A DNA stretch of 64,000 bases from NCBI GenBank assembly GCA_965228895.1, contig OZ245842.1:5464409-5528408 (forward strand), written 5' to 3'. The DNA is from Alphaproteobacteria bacterium. GTDB lineage: Bacteria; Pseudomonadota; Alphaproteobacteria; SP197. Shown here in pieces: positions 10,196 through 20,712 of the stretch (within the stretch, counting starts at the first letter, position 1; every line of letters starts with the position of its first letter). Below the pieces are notes generated by a model. That model made no database searches and had not been told where the DNA came from. It was given only the letters and a program-made list of their open reading frames with translations. A program made the position numbers and the translations under genes.

Positions 10196-12070
10196 TTGGC
10201 GAACACAACCGATCCAGCGACGGCGCCGCAAGCCGAGCAGGCGGCCAAGGCCGCGCAATCGACCAGCGGCTGGCGTACGCTGGGACGCCTGCTGCCGTAC
10301 TTATGGCCGCGCAACCAGCCGGGCATGCGGCTGCGCGTGGTCACCGCCATGGTCTTCCTGGTCGCCGCCAAGGTGGCGATCATCTATGTCCCCATTTTTT
10401 ATAAGGATGCTATCGATGTGCTGGCGCCGGCCGATACCGGGGTGCTGGTCGCGCTGCCGCTGGGGCTGATCCTCGCCTATGGCGCGGCGCGTGTCTTGTC
10501 GCTGGCCTTTGGCGAGCTGCGTGACGCGATCTTTGCCAAGGTCGGCCAGCGCGCCATCCGCAACGTCGCGCTCAACGTCTTCCGCCATCTGCACAAGCTC
10601 TCACTGCGATTCCATTTGGAGCGCCAGACCGGCGGTCTGTCGCGCGCAATCGAACGCGGCACCAAGGCGATCGAGCTGCTGCTGCGCTTCAGCCTGTTCA
10701 ACATCATCCCGACGCTGATCGAGATCACAATGGTGTCCGTGATCCTGTGGGTGATGCTGGATTTTGCCATCGCCGCCGTCACCTTCGTCACGGTGCTCGT
10801 CTACATCGGCTACACCATGGTGGTGACGGAATGGCGCATCAAGTTCCGCCGCCAGATGAACGAGCAGGACTCAAGCGCCAATACCAAGGCGATCGACAGC
10901 CTGCTGAACTACGAGACCGTCAAGTATTTCGGCAACGAAGAACACGAGGCCCAGCGCTACGATAAGGCGCTCCAACGGTACGAAACCGCCGCGGTGCGCA
11001 ACACGACCTCGCTGTCGGTGCTCAATATCGGCCAGGCCATCATCATCTCAATCGGCCTGACGCTGGTCATGATCATGTCCGGCCAGGGCATCGTCGACGG
11101 CAATCTGACGGTCGGTGATTTTGTCTTGGCCAACACCTACCTGATGCAGCTTTACCAGCCGCTCAACTTCTTCGGTTTTGTCTATCGCGAGATCAAGCAG
11201 GCGCTGATCGACATCGAGACGATGTTTCAACTGCTGGCGATCGATACGGAAATCGCCGACAAACCGGAGGCGCCGGACCTGAAGCTCGCCGGTGGCGAGG
11301 TCCGCTTTGACGATGTCGACTTCGGCTATGATCCGCGCCGCCCCATCCTGAAGGGCGTCAGTTTCACGGTTCCGCCAGGCCATTCGGTCGCCATCGTGGG
11401 GCCGTCCGGCGCCGGCAAGTCGACCATCAGCCGCCTGCTCTACCGGTTCTACGATGTCGGCGATGGCCGCATCACGATCGACGGCCAGGACATCCGTGAC
11501 GTCAGCCAGGCCTCGGTGCGGCGCGCGACCGGTATCGTGCCCCAGGACACCGTGCTGTTTAACGACACCATCTACTACAACATCGCCTATGGCCGACCCG
11601 ATGCGTCGCCGGCCGAGGTCGAGAGCGCCGCGCGGTTGGCGCATATTCACAACTTCATCATGGCTCTGCCCGACGGCTACCAGTCCATGGTCGGCGAGCG
11701 CGGTCTGAAACTCTCAGGCGGCGAAAAGCAGCGCGTCGCCATCGCGCGCACGATCATCAAGGATCCCTGCATCCTGTTGTTCGACGAGGCGACCAGCGCG
11801 CTCGACACCCAGACCGAACAGGAGATCCAGGCCAACCTGCGCGAACTGGCCCAGGGCCGCACGACACTGATTATCGCCCATCGCCTGTCGACCGTCGTCG
11901 ATGCCGACGAGATCATCGTGCTCGACCAGGGCCAGATCGTTGAGCGTGGCACCCACGCCGACCTGCTGGTCGCCGACGGACGTTATGCGGAGATGTGGCG
12001 GCGCCAGCAGGAAGGCGCCGACAACGGCAACAACGGCAGGGCCGGGCAAACCGAGCCTGCGCCCGCCTGA
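10196..12070 (+). CDS. atm1: ATM1-type ABCB half transporter (permease + ATPase)
   Basis: LRFHLERQTGGL, DSLLNYETVKYF, Walker A GPSGAGKST, LSGGEKQR, DEATSALD. Confidence 0.93.
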   Translation: MANTTDPATAPQAEQAAKAAQSTSGWRTLGRLLPYLWPRNQPGMRLRVVTAMVFLVAAKVAIIYVPIFYKDAIDVLAPADTGVLVALPLGLILAYGAARVLSLAFGELRDAIFAKVGQRAIRNVALNVFRHLHKLSLRFHLERQTGGLSRAIERGTKAIELLLRFSLFNIIPTLIEITMVSVILWVMLDFAIAAVTFVTVLVYIGYTMVVTEWRIKFRRQMNEQDSSANTKAIDSLLNYETVKYFGNEEHEAQRYDKALQRYETAAVRNTTSLSVLNIGQAIIISIGLTLVMIMSGQGIVDGNLTVGDFVLANTYLMQLYQPLNFFGFVYREIKQALIDIETMFQLLAIDTEIADKPEAPDLKLAGGEVRFDDVDFGYDPRRPILKGVSFTVPPGHSVAIVGPSGAGKSTISRLLYRFYDVGDGRITIDGQDIRDVSQASVRRATGIVPQDTVLFNDTIYYNIAYGRPDASPAEVESAARLAHIHNFIMALPDGYQSMVGERGLKLSGGEKQRVAIARTIIKDPCILLFDEATSALDTQTEQEIQANLRELAQGRTTLIIAHRLSTVVDADEIIVLDQGQIVERGTHADLLVADGRYAEMWRRQQEGADNGNNGRAGQTEPAPA

Positions 12071-12169
12071 GTCAACCCAGCCATGCGTGGTTAGCGCTTG
12101 TGCGATGGCGATAAACCGCGTCGGATAAGCTCCGCATAAGTTCATCCAAGCTGCCGGGGGCGCAGCAAC

Positions 12170-13360
12170 GTGCGGGGCATTCATCTTCCCGTCTGGTTCG
12201 GGGTCGCCGACTTACCCAAGGCGATACCCTTCGCGTGGCTCTACGCGACCCAGGGCATGGCCCGCACCGTCCTGATGACCATCATCCCGTTGCGTGCGTT
12301 GGAACTGCTCGGCACCGCCCAGGAAGTCAGCATGCTCTACCTGGCGGTCAGTGCGTGCGGTCTGGCCGTCAGCCTGACGATTCCGCTTATGGTCCACCTG
12401 ATCCGCCGACGCCGCGTCGTCGTCCTGGGGACGCTTGCCATGATGGCCGCCGCCGCCTTGCTGCTGAGCGATAGCCTCTTCATCTATGCGCTCGGCATGT
12501 TCTTCTATGTCGCCGGCTCGATCGCCATCGACGTCAGCTTGAACCTCTATCTGATGGATACGATCCCGCGCCGCGACTTCGCACGGTTCGAGCCGGTGCG
12601 CATCTGGTTCATGGGCGTTGCCTTCATCATCGGACCCTATCTCGGCGTCTGGCTGTGGACCAATGTCGCTTACTGGCTGCCGTCACTCCTGACCATCGTC
12701 TTCAGCATGATCCTGATGGGCGTGTTCCTTTACCTCAGACTGTCCGACAACCCGGCGATCCAGGCGGCCAAGACGCCGCCACCCAACCCGCTGCGCTTCT
12801 TCCCACGGTTCTTCCGCCAGCCGCGGCTGCGCCTGGCCTGGCTACTGGCGGTCGGGCGCTCGGCGTGGTGGGCGATGTTCTTCATCTACGCGCCCATCTA
12901 TTGCGTCGAGTCGGGCCTGGGCGACGATGTCGCCGGCATGATGGCGTCCGCGGGGTCGGCCTCGGTGCTCTTGGTGCCGCTTTGGGCAAAGATCGGTCGG
13001 CGCTACGGCATTCGCGCGCTGATGCTGGCGGGGTACGCGGCCAGCGCCGTCGTTAGCGTGGTGGTCGCGGTCTTCGCCGGTTCGCCGTGGCTCGGCGTTG
13101 GCTTGCTTCTGTTCGCCGCCGTCGCGACCTCACTGATCGATGGCGCCGGCAACATGCTCTTCCTGCGCGCCGTCCATCCCCACGAGCGGCCGGAAATGAC
13201 ATCGGTTTTCGCGACCTTCCGCGATACCTCCCAGATGGGCCCGCCGGCCGTCTTTTCGGTCCTGCTCAAGGTCTTTGCCTTGCCGGCGGTGTTTGTCGCG
13301 GGCGGTGTCGGCATGGCGGTCATGGCGCACTACGCGCGGTTCGTGCCCAAGCGCTATTGA
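12170..13360 (+). CDS. MFS transporter
   Basis: About 12 TM segments in two halves; WAKIGRRYGIR loop motif. Confidence 0.8.
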   Translation: MRGIHLPVWFGVADLPKAIPFAWLYATQGMARTVLMTIIPLRALELLGTAQEVSMLYLAVSACGLAVSLTIPLMVHLIRRRRVVVLGTLAMMAAAALLLSDSLFIYALGMFFYVAGSIAIDVSLNLYLMDTIPRRDFARFEPVRIWFMGVAFIIGPYLGVWLWTNVAYWLPSLLTIVFSMILMGVFLYLRLSDNPAIQAAKTPPPNPLRFFPRFFRQPRLRLAWLLAVGRSAWWAMFFIYAPIYCVESGLGDDVAGMMASAGSASVLLVPLWAKIGRRYGIRALMLAGYAASAVVSVVVAVFAGSPWLGVGLLLFAAVATSLIDGAGNMLFLRAVHPHERPEMTSVFATFRDTSQMGPPAVFSVLLKVFALPAVFVAGGVGMAVMAHYARFVPKRY

Positions 13361-13414
13361 CGATTGTGCCCTCGCGCACGTTCACTGGGATGTCTTGCGC
13401 TCGCAAGGATCCGA

Positions 13415-13518
13415 GCCGGCCCACTCCCCCGCCCGGCCACCCCGAGGATGCTGCCATGGGTGGCCTCGGCGAAAACGCCTTTCGGCGTTTTGCCCCGGAG
13501 GCGGGGGTGTGGGCTGGT
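13415..13518. repeat. REP-like branched palindromic element
   Basis: Outer arms GCCGGCCCACTCCCCCGCC (13415-13433) / GGCGGGGGTGTGGGCTGGT (13500-13518) enclose GGCCACCC/GGGTGGCC and GGCGAAAACGCC/GGCGTTTTGCC stems. Confidence 0.65.
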
Positions 13519-13572
13519 GATGCCGGAAGAGCGAATGACAATTTCGCCCGCCATTAGACCGAGTATCCCCGC

Positions 13573-15669
13573 ATGAACAATGTCCCCGCGCCGCGCCTGT
13601 CGATCGCCGAGATCATGAACCCCCGTTCGGTCGCGGTGATCGGTGGCTCGGAAGACCTGCGCAAGTTCGGCGCCCGGGTCCTGAACAACACCATCCAGGG
13701 CGGTTTTCCGGGGCGCATCGTGCCGGTCAATCCCAAGCGCGACACCGTGTTCGGCCTTACCGCCGTGCCCAAGGTCTCGGCGCTCGACGAACCGGTGGAT
13801 GTCGCCGTGATTGCCGTGCCGCGCGGGCTGGTGCTGGACCAGCTCAAGGACTGCGCGGCGTCGGGGGTCGGTTGTTGCGTGTTGATTACCGCCGGCTTCA
13901 CCGAAACCGGTGAGGAGGGCGCGCGGCTGCAGGACGAGATCAATGCCGTCGCGCGCGACGCAGGCATGCGGCTGATCGGTCCGAACTGCCTGGGTCTGAT
14001 CAACACCCACGCCAAGCTCATCATGAACTCCTCGCCCTCCATGGAACTGACGGACCACGAACCCGGCGGCATCGGTTTCATCAGCCAGTCGGGCGCGCTG
14101 ATGGCGACGGTCTACAATCGCGGCGTCTGCGACGGCGCGCGCTTCTCCAGCACCGTTTCCGTCGGCAATCAGGCCGATCTTGAGCTCGCCGACTTCATGG
14201 AATGGATGGCGGACGATCCGGCGACCCGTGTCATCACGCTCTATGTCGAGGGCTTCAAGAACCCCGGCCGTTTCGTCGCCGCCGCCAAACGATGCCGCGA
14301 TGCCGGCAAGCCGGTCCTGATGGTGAAGGCCGGCCGGTCGGAAGAGGGCGCGCGTGTTGCCATGAGCCACACCGCAAGCCTTGCCGGTTCGTGGCGCGTG
14401 CTCCAGGCCGTTTGCCGCGATGCAGGCGTCATCGCCGTCGACGATACGGTCGCGATGATGCAGACGGCCGAAATGTTCTCGCGTCACGGCCACCCCAAAG
14501 GCGACGGCATCCTCGTCATGTCCGGGTCCGGCGGTGCAGCGGCCATTACCAGCGACCTCTTCGCCGACCGTGGTTTGAGGCTCGCAGCATTCTCAACACA
14601 AACGCGCAAGGCGCTGGAGGAAATCTACGAGCCCGTCCAGCTCGGCAATCCTCTGGATATCGGCGCGACGCGGGCGAAGGACTTCGTCAGTGTCGACGAC
14701 AGCGGGCTTTCGATCGCCGCTGCCGATCCGGATGTCAGCGCCAACCTGTTGGTCATCGCGACCGCGCCGCAGCTCACCAAATCGACGGAGATCCTGGCGA
14801 AGAGCGGTAAGGTATCGGGCAAACCCACGGTTGTCGTCTTTGTACCCGGCAACGCCAGCGATGAGGGCCGCCAGATCGTCCGCGACATGGGCGTGCTGGG
14901 CTACGAGACCATCGACGAGGCACTGCGCGTGCTGCAGGGCTGGATGACGCCGAGTTCGGCGGGCCCCGAACCCGCGCGTCCCGACGGCCTTCCGACAGGC
15001 GATCCGTTCGCCGGGATCGCCGACGGCATGGTCGACGAACATCGGGTCAAGCAGGTCTTGGCGCGCTACGGCGTGCCGGTCACCCGCGAAACGCCGGCGG
15101 CAAGCATTGAGGAGGCGATGACGGCTGCCGAGGGCATCGGTTACCCGGTCGCGCTCAAGGGCTTCGGCCCCGATCTCATTCATAAGTCCGACGAGGGTGC
15201 GGTCGTGCTCAATCTGTCTGGCCACGCCGCCCTCGAAACAGCCTGGCAGGCCATGACTGCAAGTCTGGGCGTACGACTCGACGGCTGTCTTGTGAGCGAG
15301 ATGGCCGACGGGATCGAGGAGGTCATCCTGGGTATCAAGCACGATGACCAGTTCGGTCCGATGGTGCTGGTCGGCCTGGGCGGCGTGCTGGCCGAAATCA
15401 TCGACGACGTCGTCCTGCTGCCGGCGCCTGTCGCGCCGGAACACGTCAAGAGTCTGATGGGCGGCCTTCGCCTGTGGCCCGTCTTCGATGGCGCCCGCGG
15501 CCGCCCGAAGCTCGACGTCGATGCGATCGCCGATGCCGCCGCGCGCCTTTCCTGGCTCGCCGTCGACGCAGGCGAGCGACTCAGGGAACTCGACATCAAT
15601 CCCTTGCTGGTTCGCGCACATGGTCAGGGCGCCATCGCCGTCGATGCCAGGGCGCGGCTGGAGACGTAG
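13573..15669 (+). CDS. acetate--CoA ligase (ADP-forming) family protein
   Basis: PRSVAVIGGS, GPNCLG, SQSGA, SHTASLAGS (phospho-His), HKSDEGAV, AVDAR ATP-grasp C-terminus. Confidence 0.92.
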   Translation: MNNVPAPRLSIAEIMNPRSVAVIGGSEDLRKFGARVLNNTIQGGFPGRIVPVNPKRDTVFGLTAVPKVSALDEPVDVAVIAVPRGLVLDQLKDCAASGVGCCVLITAGFTETGEEGARLQDEINAVARDAGMRLIGPNCLGLINTHAKLIMNSSPSMELTDHEPGGIGFISQSGALMATVYNRGVCDGARFSSTVSVGNQADLELADFMEWMADDPATRVITLYVEGFKNPGRFVAAAKRCRDAGKPVLMVKAGRSEEGARVAMSHTASLAGSWRVLQAVCRDAGVIAVDDTVAMMQTAEMFSRHGHPKGDGILVMSGSGGAAAITSDLFADRGLRLAAFSTQTRKALEEIYEPVQLGNPLDIGATRAKDFVSVDDSGLSIAAADPDVSANLLVIATAPQLTKSTEILAKSGKVSGKPTVVVFVPGNASDEGRQIVRDMGVLGYETIDEALRVLQGWMTPSSAGPEPARPDGLPTGDPFAGIADGMVDEHRVKQVLARYGVPVTRETPAASIEEAMTAAEGIGYPVALKGFGPDLIHKSDEGAVVLNLSGHAALETAWQAMTASLGVRLDGCLVSEMADGIEEVILGIKHDDQFGPMVLVGLGGVLAEIIDDVVLLPAPVAPEHVKSLMGGLRLWPVFDGARGRPKLDVDAIADAAARLSWLAVDAGERLRELDINPLLVRAHGQGAIAVDARARLET

Positions 15670-15684
15670 GCGCCATACGGCTTG

Positions 15685-16278
15685 CTATGGGCTGGCGAAG
15701 CGCGCGATGAAGGTATCGACGGAGCTCTGGACGATCGATTCCATGTCCTGCGCACTCACGCGCCCGCCGGAAATCACGTAGGGCCAAAAGGCGCGTGCTT
15801 TGATCAGGCCGATGTATTGTGACGTCGCATCGCCGATGTCGTCGATAGCGATGGTACCGTCGTCGCGCGCCGCCGCCATGAAATCAGTGAACACCGACAT
15901 TTTGTCGGACTCCTCCTGAGCCGCCTTCGCGATCTCGGGCGCACGCATGGTTTCGCCGATCGCCATGCGGGCAAGACTCATGAAGCGCTCGGATTGCAGA
16001 AGCCGGCCTTCCGCCCGGCCGAGGTCGACCAGTTGCTCGCGCAGCGGCCGGCCGGGCACGTATGTGACGTCGACCGTCTCGCGTGCCTCTTCGAACATCA
16101 GGCTAACGATGGCGTTGAAGAGTGCTTCCTTGCTTTCAAAGTGGTTGTAGACCGTGCGTTTGGAGACGTTCGCCAGTTCGGCGATGCGGTCCATGCTCGC
16201 GCCGACGAAGCCGCGCTGCTGGAACTCTTCCACGGCGGCCTCGAGGATTTGGGCACGTTTTTTTTCGATCGGCGGCAT
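15685..16278 (-). CDS. TetR/AcrR family transcriptional regulator
   Basis: SMDRIAELANVSKRTVYNHFESKE HTH; divergent from the ior-like genes. Confidence 0.92.
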   Translation of the reverse strand: MPPIEKKRAQILEAAVEEFQQRGFVGASMDRIAELANVSKRTVYNHFESKEALFNAIVSLMFEEARETVDVTYVPGRPLREQLVDLGRAEGRLLQSERFMSLARMAIGETMRAPEIAKAAQEESDKMSVFTDFMAAARDDGTIAIDDIGDATSQYIGLIKARAFWPYVISGGRVSAQDMESIVQSSVDTFIARFASP

Positions 16279-16325
16279 CCGCCTTCTTCTCCTAAACGAA
16301 CGAACAAATCAACAAACGGTGACAG

Positions 16326-16345
16326 TGTAAACTTGTGAGTTTACA
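16326..16345. promoter_or_regulatory. palindromic operator candidate 1 (TetR)
   Basis: Perfect TGTAAACT-N4-AGTTTACA in the AT-rich divergent promoter region. Confidence 0.65.
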
Positions 16346-16361
16346 AACGCCAATTCGACAC

Positions 16362-16382
16362 TATACTACACTGTGTAGTTTA
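16362..16382. promoter_or_regulatory. palindromic operator candidate 2 (TetR)
   Basis: TATACTACAC-T-GTGTAGTTTA (one mismatch); shares AGTTTAC with candidate 1. Confidence 0.65.
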
Positions 16383-16418
16383 CCTAAGAGAATCGTTCTT
16401 TCAGGGAGACCGACCACC

Positions 16419-16880
16419 ATGGCGACCACGCTCACCATCAATGGAGAGGTCCGTACCGTCGATGCGGACCCGAACATGCCCCTTCTGTGGGTCTTGAGAG
16501 ACGAACTGAACCTCACCGGTACCAAATTCGGCTGCGGCGTCGCCATGTGCGGTGCCTGCACGGTCCACGTGGACGGCATCGCCATGCGCTCGTGCCAGAC
16601 ATTCTTGAGCGATGTCGAAGGCGCGTCCGTCACGACGATCGAGGCGGCCGACGGCCCGGAAGTCGCGGCGCTGCGCCAGGCCTGGGCCGAGCTTGACGTG
16701 CCCCAGTGCGGTTACTGCCAATCGGGTCAGATCATGCAGGCGGCCGAGCTTTTGGTCATGACACCCAAGCCCAGCGACGAAGACATCGACGCGGTGATGG
16801 ACGGCAACGTTTGTCGCTGCGCCACCTATCACCGCATCCGCGCCGGCATTCATCGCGCGGCCGACATTCTGGAGGGCTGA
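16419..16880 (+). CDS. iorA: (2Fe-2S)-binding subunit, isoquinoline 1-oxidoreductase alpha-like
   Basis: [36 protein letters not shown]. Confidence 0.9.
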   Translation: MATTLTINGEVRTVDADPNMPLLWVLRDELNLTGTKFGCGVAMCGACTVHVDGIAMRSCQTFLSDVEGASVTTIEAADGPEVAALRQAWAELDVPQCGYCQSGQIMQAAELLVMTPKPSDEDIDAVMDGNVCRCATYHRIRAGIHRAADILEG

Positions 16881-16883
16881 GCC

Positions 16884-19079
16884 ATGAAGACGTTGATGCA
16901 TCTGTTGTCTAACGGCGACACGAAGACGGCTGGCGGCTTGAGCCGGCGGACGTTTCTTCAGGCGAGCGGCGGCGTGACCGCCGGGCTTATCGTTGGCTTT
17001 CGCGTCTCCGATGTCAGCGCGGCGACCGGCGACGGCGCCTTCAACCCTTTTGTCCAGATCACCCCGGACGGCACGGTCACGGTGCTCTCCAAACATCTCG
17101 ATAAGGGCCAGGGCACCATGAGCGGCCTGGCATCGCTGGTCGCCGAGGAGCTCGACGCCGACTGGTCGATGGTCAGGGGTGATCACGCGCCGTCAAACCC
17201 AAGTGTCTACAACAACCTGCACTGGGGCGAGATCCAGGGCACCGGCGGATCGACCGGTATTCCCAACAGCTTCATGCAGTACCGTCAGGCTGGTGCCGCG
17301 GCGCGCGCCATGCTGGTGCAGGCCGCCGCCAGAGAATGGGGCGTGCCGGCAAACGAGATCGTGGTCGAGAACGGCATCATCTCCCACCCGTCAGGCCAGT
17401 CGGCGGGCTTCGGCGACTTTGCCGTTGCCGCGTCGAACGAGACACCGCCGGCAGATCTCACGCTCAAGTCGCCGGACGCTTTTAGGTTTATCGGCAAGGC
17501 GGACCACCGCCGCGTTGACACCGCCGCCAAGAGTCGGGGTGCGCAGATCTACACCCAGGATGTGCAGCTGCCGGGCATGCTGGTCGCGCTCATCTCGCGC
17601 CCGCCCAAGTTCGGCGCCGTCGTGGAATCGTATGACGATAGCGCCGCACGTGCGATTGCCGGCGTAGAGGATGTGGTGCAGGTGCCGCAGGGCATCGCCG
17701 TATTGGCCGCCAACACGTGGACCGCGATGCAGGCGCGCGACGCCCTGGACATCACCTGGGATGACAGCAACGCCGAGATCCGCTCGACCGATGAGCTCAT
17801 GACCCAATACCGCGCTCTCGCCGAACAGCCGGGTCTGGTGGCCGAAGACGCGGGCGATGCGGACGCTGCCCTGGCGGGTGCCGAGACAGTGGTCGAGGCA
17901 ACCTTCGAATTTCCGTTCCTGGCGCATGCGCCGATGGAGCCGATGAACGCGGTCGCGGTTCTGAAGCCCGGCGAGTCGCTCGATATCTGGACCGGCAGCC
18001 AGCTTCCGACCCTCGATCATTCGATCGCGGCCGGCATTGCCGGACTCGAGCTCGCGCAGGTGAACATTCACACGCTCCACGCCGGCGGCTCGTTTGGGCG
18101 GCGCGCCAACCCGACATCGGACTTCGTCAACGAAGCCGTCAACATCGCCGTCGCGATCAACGGCCGTGCGCCGGTCAAGCTGATATGGAGCCGCGAGGAC
18201 GATATTCGGGGCGGCTACTACCGGCCCATGTATGTGCACAAGATCCGAGCCGGACTGGACGATGCGGGCAACATTGTCGGCCTGCACCATCGCATTGTCG
18301 GCCAATCCATCCTGACGGGAACGCCGTTCGAAGCGTTCCTGATCAGGGACGGCATCGACAACACGTCGGTCGAGGGCGCGCGGGAGCTCCCCTATACGGT
18401 TGGCGCCCATCGCCTGGAGGTACACAATACCGATGCCCGCGTCCCCGTGTTGTGGTGGCGTGCCGTTGGCAGCACGCACACGGCCTATGTCGTCGAAACC
18501 ATGATGGACCGGCTGGCCAACGCTGCCGGCGAAGACCCGGTCGCGTTCCGCCTTAAGCATCTGAAGAACAGCCCGCGTGAGGCGGCGGTGCTCAGCCTGG
18601 TGGCCGAGAAGGCCGGTTGGGGCGAGACCGAGTTGCCGGCGGATGTGCACCGCGGGGTGGCCGTCCACAAGTCGTTCGGTTCCTACGTCGCGCAGGTCGC
18701 GGATGTCCGTCTGCTGGATGGCGGCGGCATGAAGGTCGAGCGTGTCGTCTGCGCGATTGATTGCGGTGTCGCCGTCATGCCGGACCAGGTGGCCGCGCAG
18801 ATGGAAGGCGGCATCGGTTACGGTCTCGGCGCGGTCCTGCGCAATCAGATCACGATGGTCGACGGCGAGGTGCAGGAAGCCCAATTCTACGATTACGAGC
18901 CACTTCGCATCAGCGACATGCCGCATGTCGAAACCCATATCGTGCCGTCGTCGGTAGCGCCGACCGGCGCGGGCGAGCCCGGCACGCCGCCGATCGGTCC
19001 TGCCGTCGCGAACGCAGTCTTCTGGGGGACGGGCCGTGAGCTCAACACGCTACCGTTCAGCCAAGCTGGACTGGTCTGA
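16884..19079 (+). CDS. iorB: molybdopterin-binding subunit, isoquinoline 1-oxidoreductase beta-like (xanthine oxidase family)
   Basis: Tat motif [41 protein letters not shown]. Confidence 0.9.
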   Translation: MKTLMHLLSNGDTKTAGGLSRRTFLQASGGVTAGLIVGFRVSDVSAATGDGAFNPFVQITPDGTVTVLSKHLDKGQGTMSGLASLVAEELDADWSMVRGDHAPSNPSVYNNLHWGEIQGTGGSTGIPNSFMQYRQAGAAARAMLVQAAAREWGVPANEIVVENGIISHPSGQSAGFGDFAVAASNETPPADLTLKSPDAFRFIGKADHRRVDTAAKSRGAQIYTQDVQLPGMLVALISRPPKFGAVVESYDDSAARAIAGVEDVVQVPQGIAVLAANTWTAMQARDALDITWDDSNAEIRSTDELMTQYRALAEQPGLVAEDAGDADAALAGAETVVEATFEFPFLAHAPMEPMNAVAVLKPGESLDIWTGSQLPTLDHSIAAGIAGLELAQVNIHTLHAGGSFGRRANPTSDFVNEAVNIAVAINGRAPVKLIWSREDDIRGGYYRPMYVHKIRAGLDDAGNIVGLHHRIVGQSILTGTPFEAFLIRDGIDNTSVEGARELPYTVGAHRLEVHNTDARVPVLWWRAVGSTHTAYVVETMMDRLANAAGEDPVAFRLKHLKNSPREAAVLSLVAEKAGWGETELPADVHRGVAVHKSFGSYVAQVADVRLLDGGGMKVERVVCAIDCGVAVMPDQVAAQMEGGIGYGLGAVLRNQITMVDGEVQEAQFYDYEPLRISDMPHVETHIVPSSVAPTGAGEPGTPPIGPAVANAVFWGTGRELNTLPFSQAGLV

Positions 19080-19106
19080 TCGACTCGAAAGCCGGCTTGG
19101 CTGGTG

Positions 19107-19898
19107 TCAGGACGTGCGGCCGAAGAAGTTCATGCGGATGTCGTCGCTGAAGACCGTGCCGGGCTGGGAGTCATAGGAGAGCACCAACACCAGCCGGTCG
19201 GGGCCGGCTTCGATGGGTGTGACCCGGTGAAGCGAACGGTTGCCGTTGAACAGCGCGAGTGTGCCGGGCTCCTGGTCTTCCTGGCGAATGTCGGGCCAGC
19301 GTCCATCCATGACCTCGTCATAGACGTCGACCGCGCGGGCCTTGTCGGCCTGGCGCACGGCGGGCGCGAACTCGAAGACACCGCCGGTGCCGGCGTTCTG
19401 CAGCATCAAGGTGACGACGCCGTCATTGGGATCGAAGTGCCAGCCCAGTTCGTCGCCCGGCCCATAACCGGTCAGCATACAACCGACCATCACGTCGGCG
19501 GTCGCGTAATAGGGCATCACGCCGAAGACCGTGCCCAGAAAGTCGGTCAACGGTTGCCAGCCATAGATCTGACGAAGCGGCGACGACGTCGCCATGCGGT
19601 CGCCGCCGGTGCAGCGCACGGCGGCGCGGGTCGGCCGGTGCCAAGGGTAGAGGCCGGTCTCCTCCCCGGTTTTTATGTTTCGGATGCGCTCGTGCCAGTG
19701 ACCGTCGCCGAGCAGGGTTTCGGCTTCGCCGGCGACTGACGTTACGTGCTCGGCGCGGATGAAGCCCGGCATGGTGAAGTAGCCGGGATTCTCCAGCTTT
19801 GCCTTCGCGTCGGTGACCAGGGCCTGCGCTTCCGGCGACGTGAGATCGGCGATCGGATAACGGTCGAGGTCGACAATGTCGGTGATCGGATCAGGCAT
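19107..19898 (-). CDS. Fe(II)/2OG oxygenase, BesD/HalD-like fold with hydroxylase-type HxD
   Basis: DLDRYPI N-terminus, LGWHFD, GGVFEF, PGTLALFNGNRSLHRVTP, terminal FFGR. Confidence 0.75.
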   Translation of the reverse strand: MPDPITDIVDLDRYPIADLTSPEAQALVTDAKAKLENPGYFTMPGFIRAEHVTSVAGEAETLLGDGHWHERIRNIKTGEETGLYPWHRPTRAAVRCTGGDRMATSSPLRQIYGWQPLTDFLGTVFGVMPYYATADVMVGCMLTGYGPGDELGWHFDPNDGVVTLMLQNAGTGGVFEFAPAVRQADKARAVDVYDEVMDGRWPDIRQEDQEPGTLALFNGNRSLHRVTPIEAGPDRLVLVLSYDSQPGTVFSDDIRMNFFGRTS

Positions 19899-20700
19899 AG
19901 GCGGCAATGATCTCCCGGATCTTGGCGTTCACCACCTCGGGCTTGTGGCCGCACAGCGAGAGGTGGCCGAGCCCCTCCAGCATATGAAAGTGGCCGTCGG
20001 CTGCCAACTCGGCGACTTCGCGGCCCAATTGGGGCGGCGCCTGCATGTCCTGGCTGAAGCCGAGCACATGGATCGGCACCTTACACCCCGGCAGCCGATC
20101 GCGGGTATCGAAGTCGCAGCAGGCCTGCCATTGCGCGTCCAGCATGGCGCCGTCCCGGTGCTCATAGGCCTCCGACGTTACCTGCTTCAGCTTGTTCCAT
20201 AACGCCTCGTCGCCCAGCACTTCGGAGGGATACATGAAGGCGCCGTAATGGGTCATGGCGAAGTCGGGCGGCAGGTCGCCGTGCTCGCGGCGGTAGCGGA
20301 TTTCCGACTCCATCCATTCGCGCGAAAAGCCGCTGGCATAGGCTTCCGTGCCCATGGGGATCGCGACCTTGACCAGGTCCGGCCAATTGATCGCGACCTC
20401 CTGGGTGATCATCGAACCCATGGAGAGGCCGGCGACGACCACCGGCGGTTCGCACACTGCCTCGATCAGCTCGGCGCAGTCGCGCGCCATGTCCAAGATC
20501 GACCACGGCGGCGGATCGATGATGCCGGTCTCGCCAACGCCGCGTGGGTCGTGGATGGTGTTGCGGCAATCGGGAAACCCTTCGACCTGCCACCGCATCT
20601 CACGGCCGCGCTGATCGCCGCCGGGGATCCAGACGATGTCGGGGCCATCGCCAGATTGTTCGTAGTAAAGGTTGGCGCCGGACGTTTTGTGGTGGGGCAT
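19891..20700 (-). CDS. alpha/beta fold hydrolase
   Basis: DPRGVG, GLSMG nucleophile elbow, SQD acid, GLGH His. Confidence 0.88.
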   Translation of the reverse strand: MPHHKTSGANLYYEQSGDGPDIVWIPGGDQRGREMRWQVEGFPDCRNTIHDPRGVGETGIIDPPPWSILDMARDCAELIEAVCEPPVVVAGLSMGSMITQEVAINWPDLVKVAIPMGTEAYASGFSREWMESEIRYRREHGDLPPDFAMTHYGAFMYPSEVLGDEALWNKLKQVTSEAYEHRDGAMLDAQWQACCDFDTRDRLPGCKVPIHVLGFSQDMQAPPQLGREVAELAADGHFHMLEGLGHLSLCGHKPEVVNAKIREIIAAYA

Positions 20701-20712
20701 GGGGTTCTTCTC

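Noticed and set aside
13531-13557. Reading frame ending ANDNFARH*, resembling the alphaproteobacterial tmRNA tag start (ANDN) next to a structured region
   Set aside because: No terminal AA degron and no tmRNA acceptor-stem or T-arm/CCA sequence nearby; treated as coincidence.
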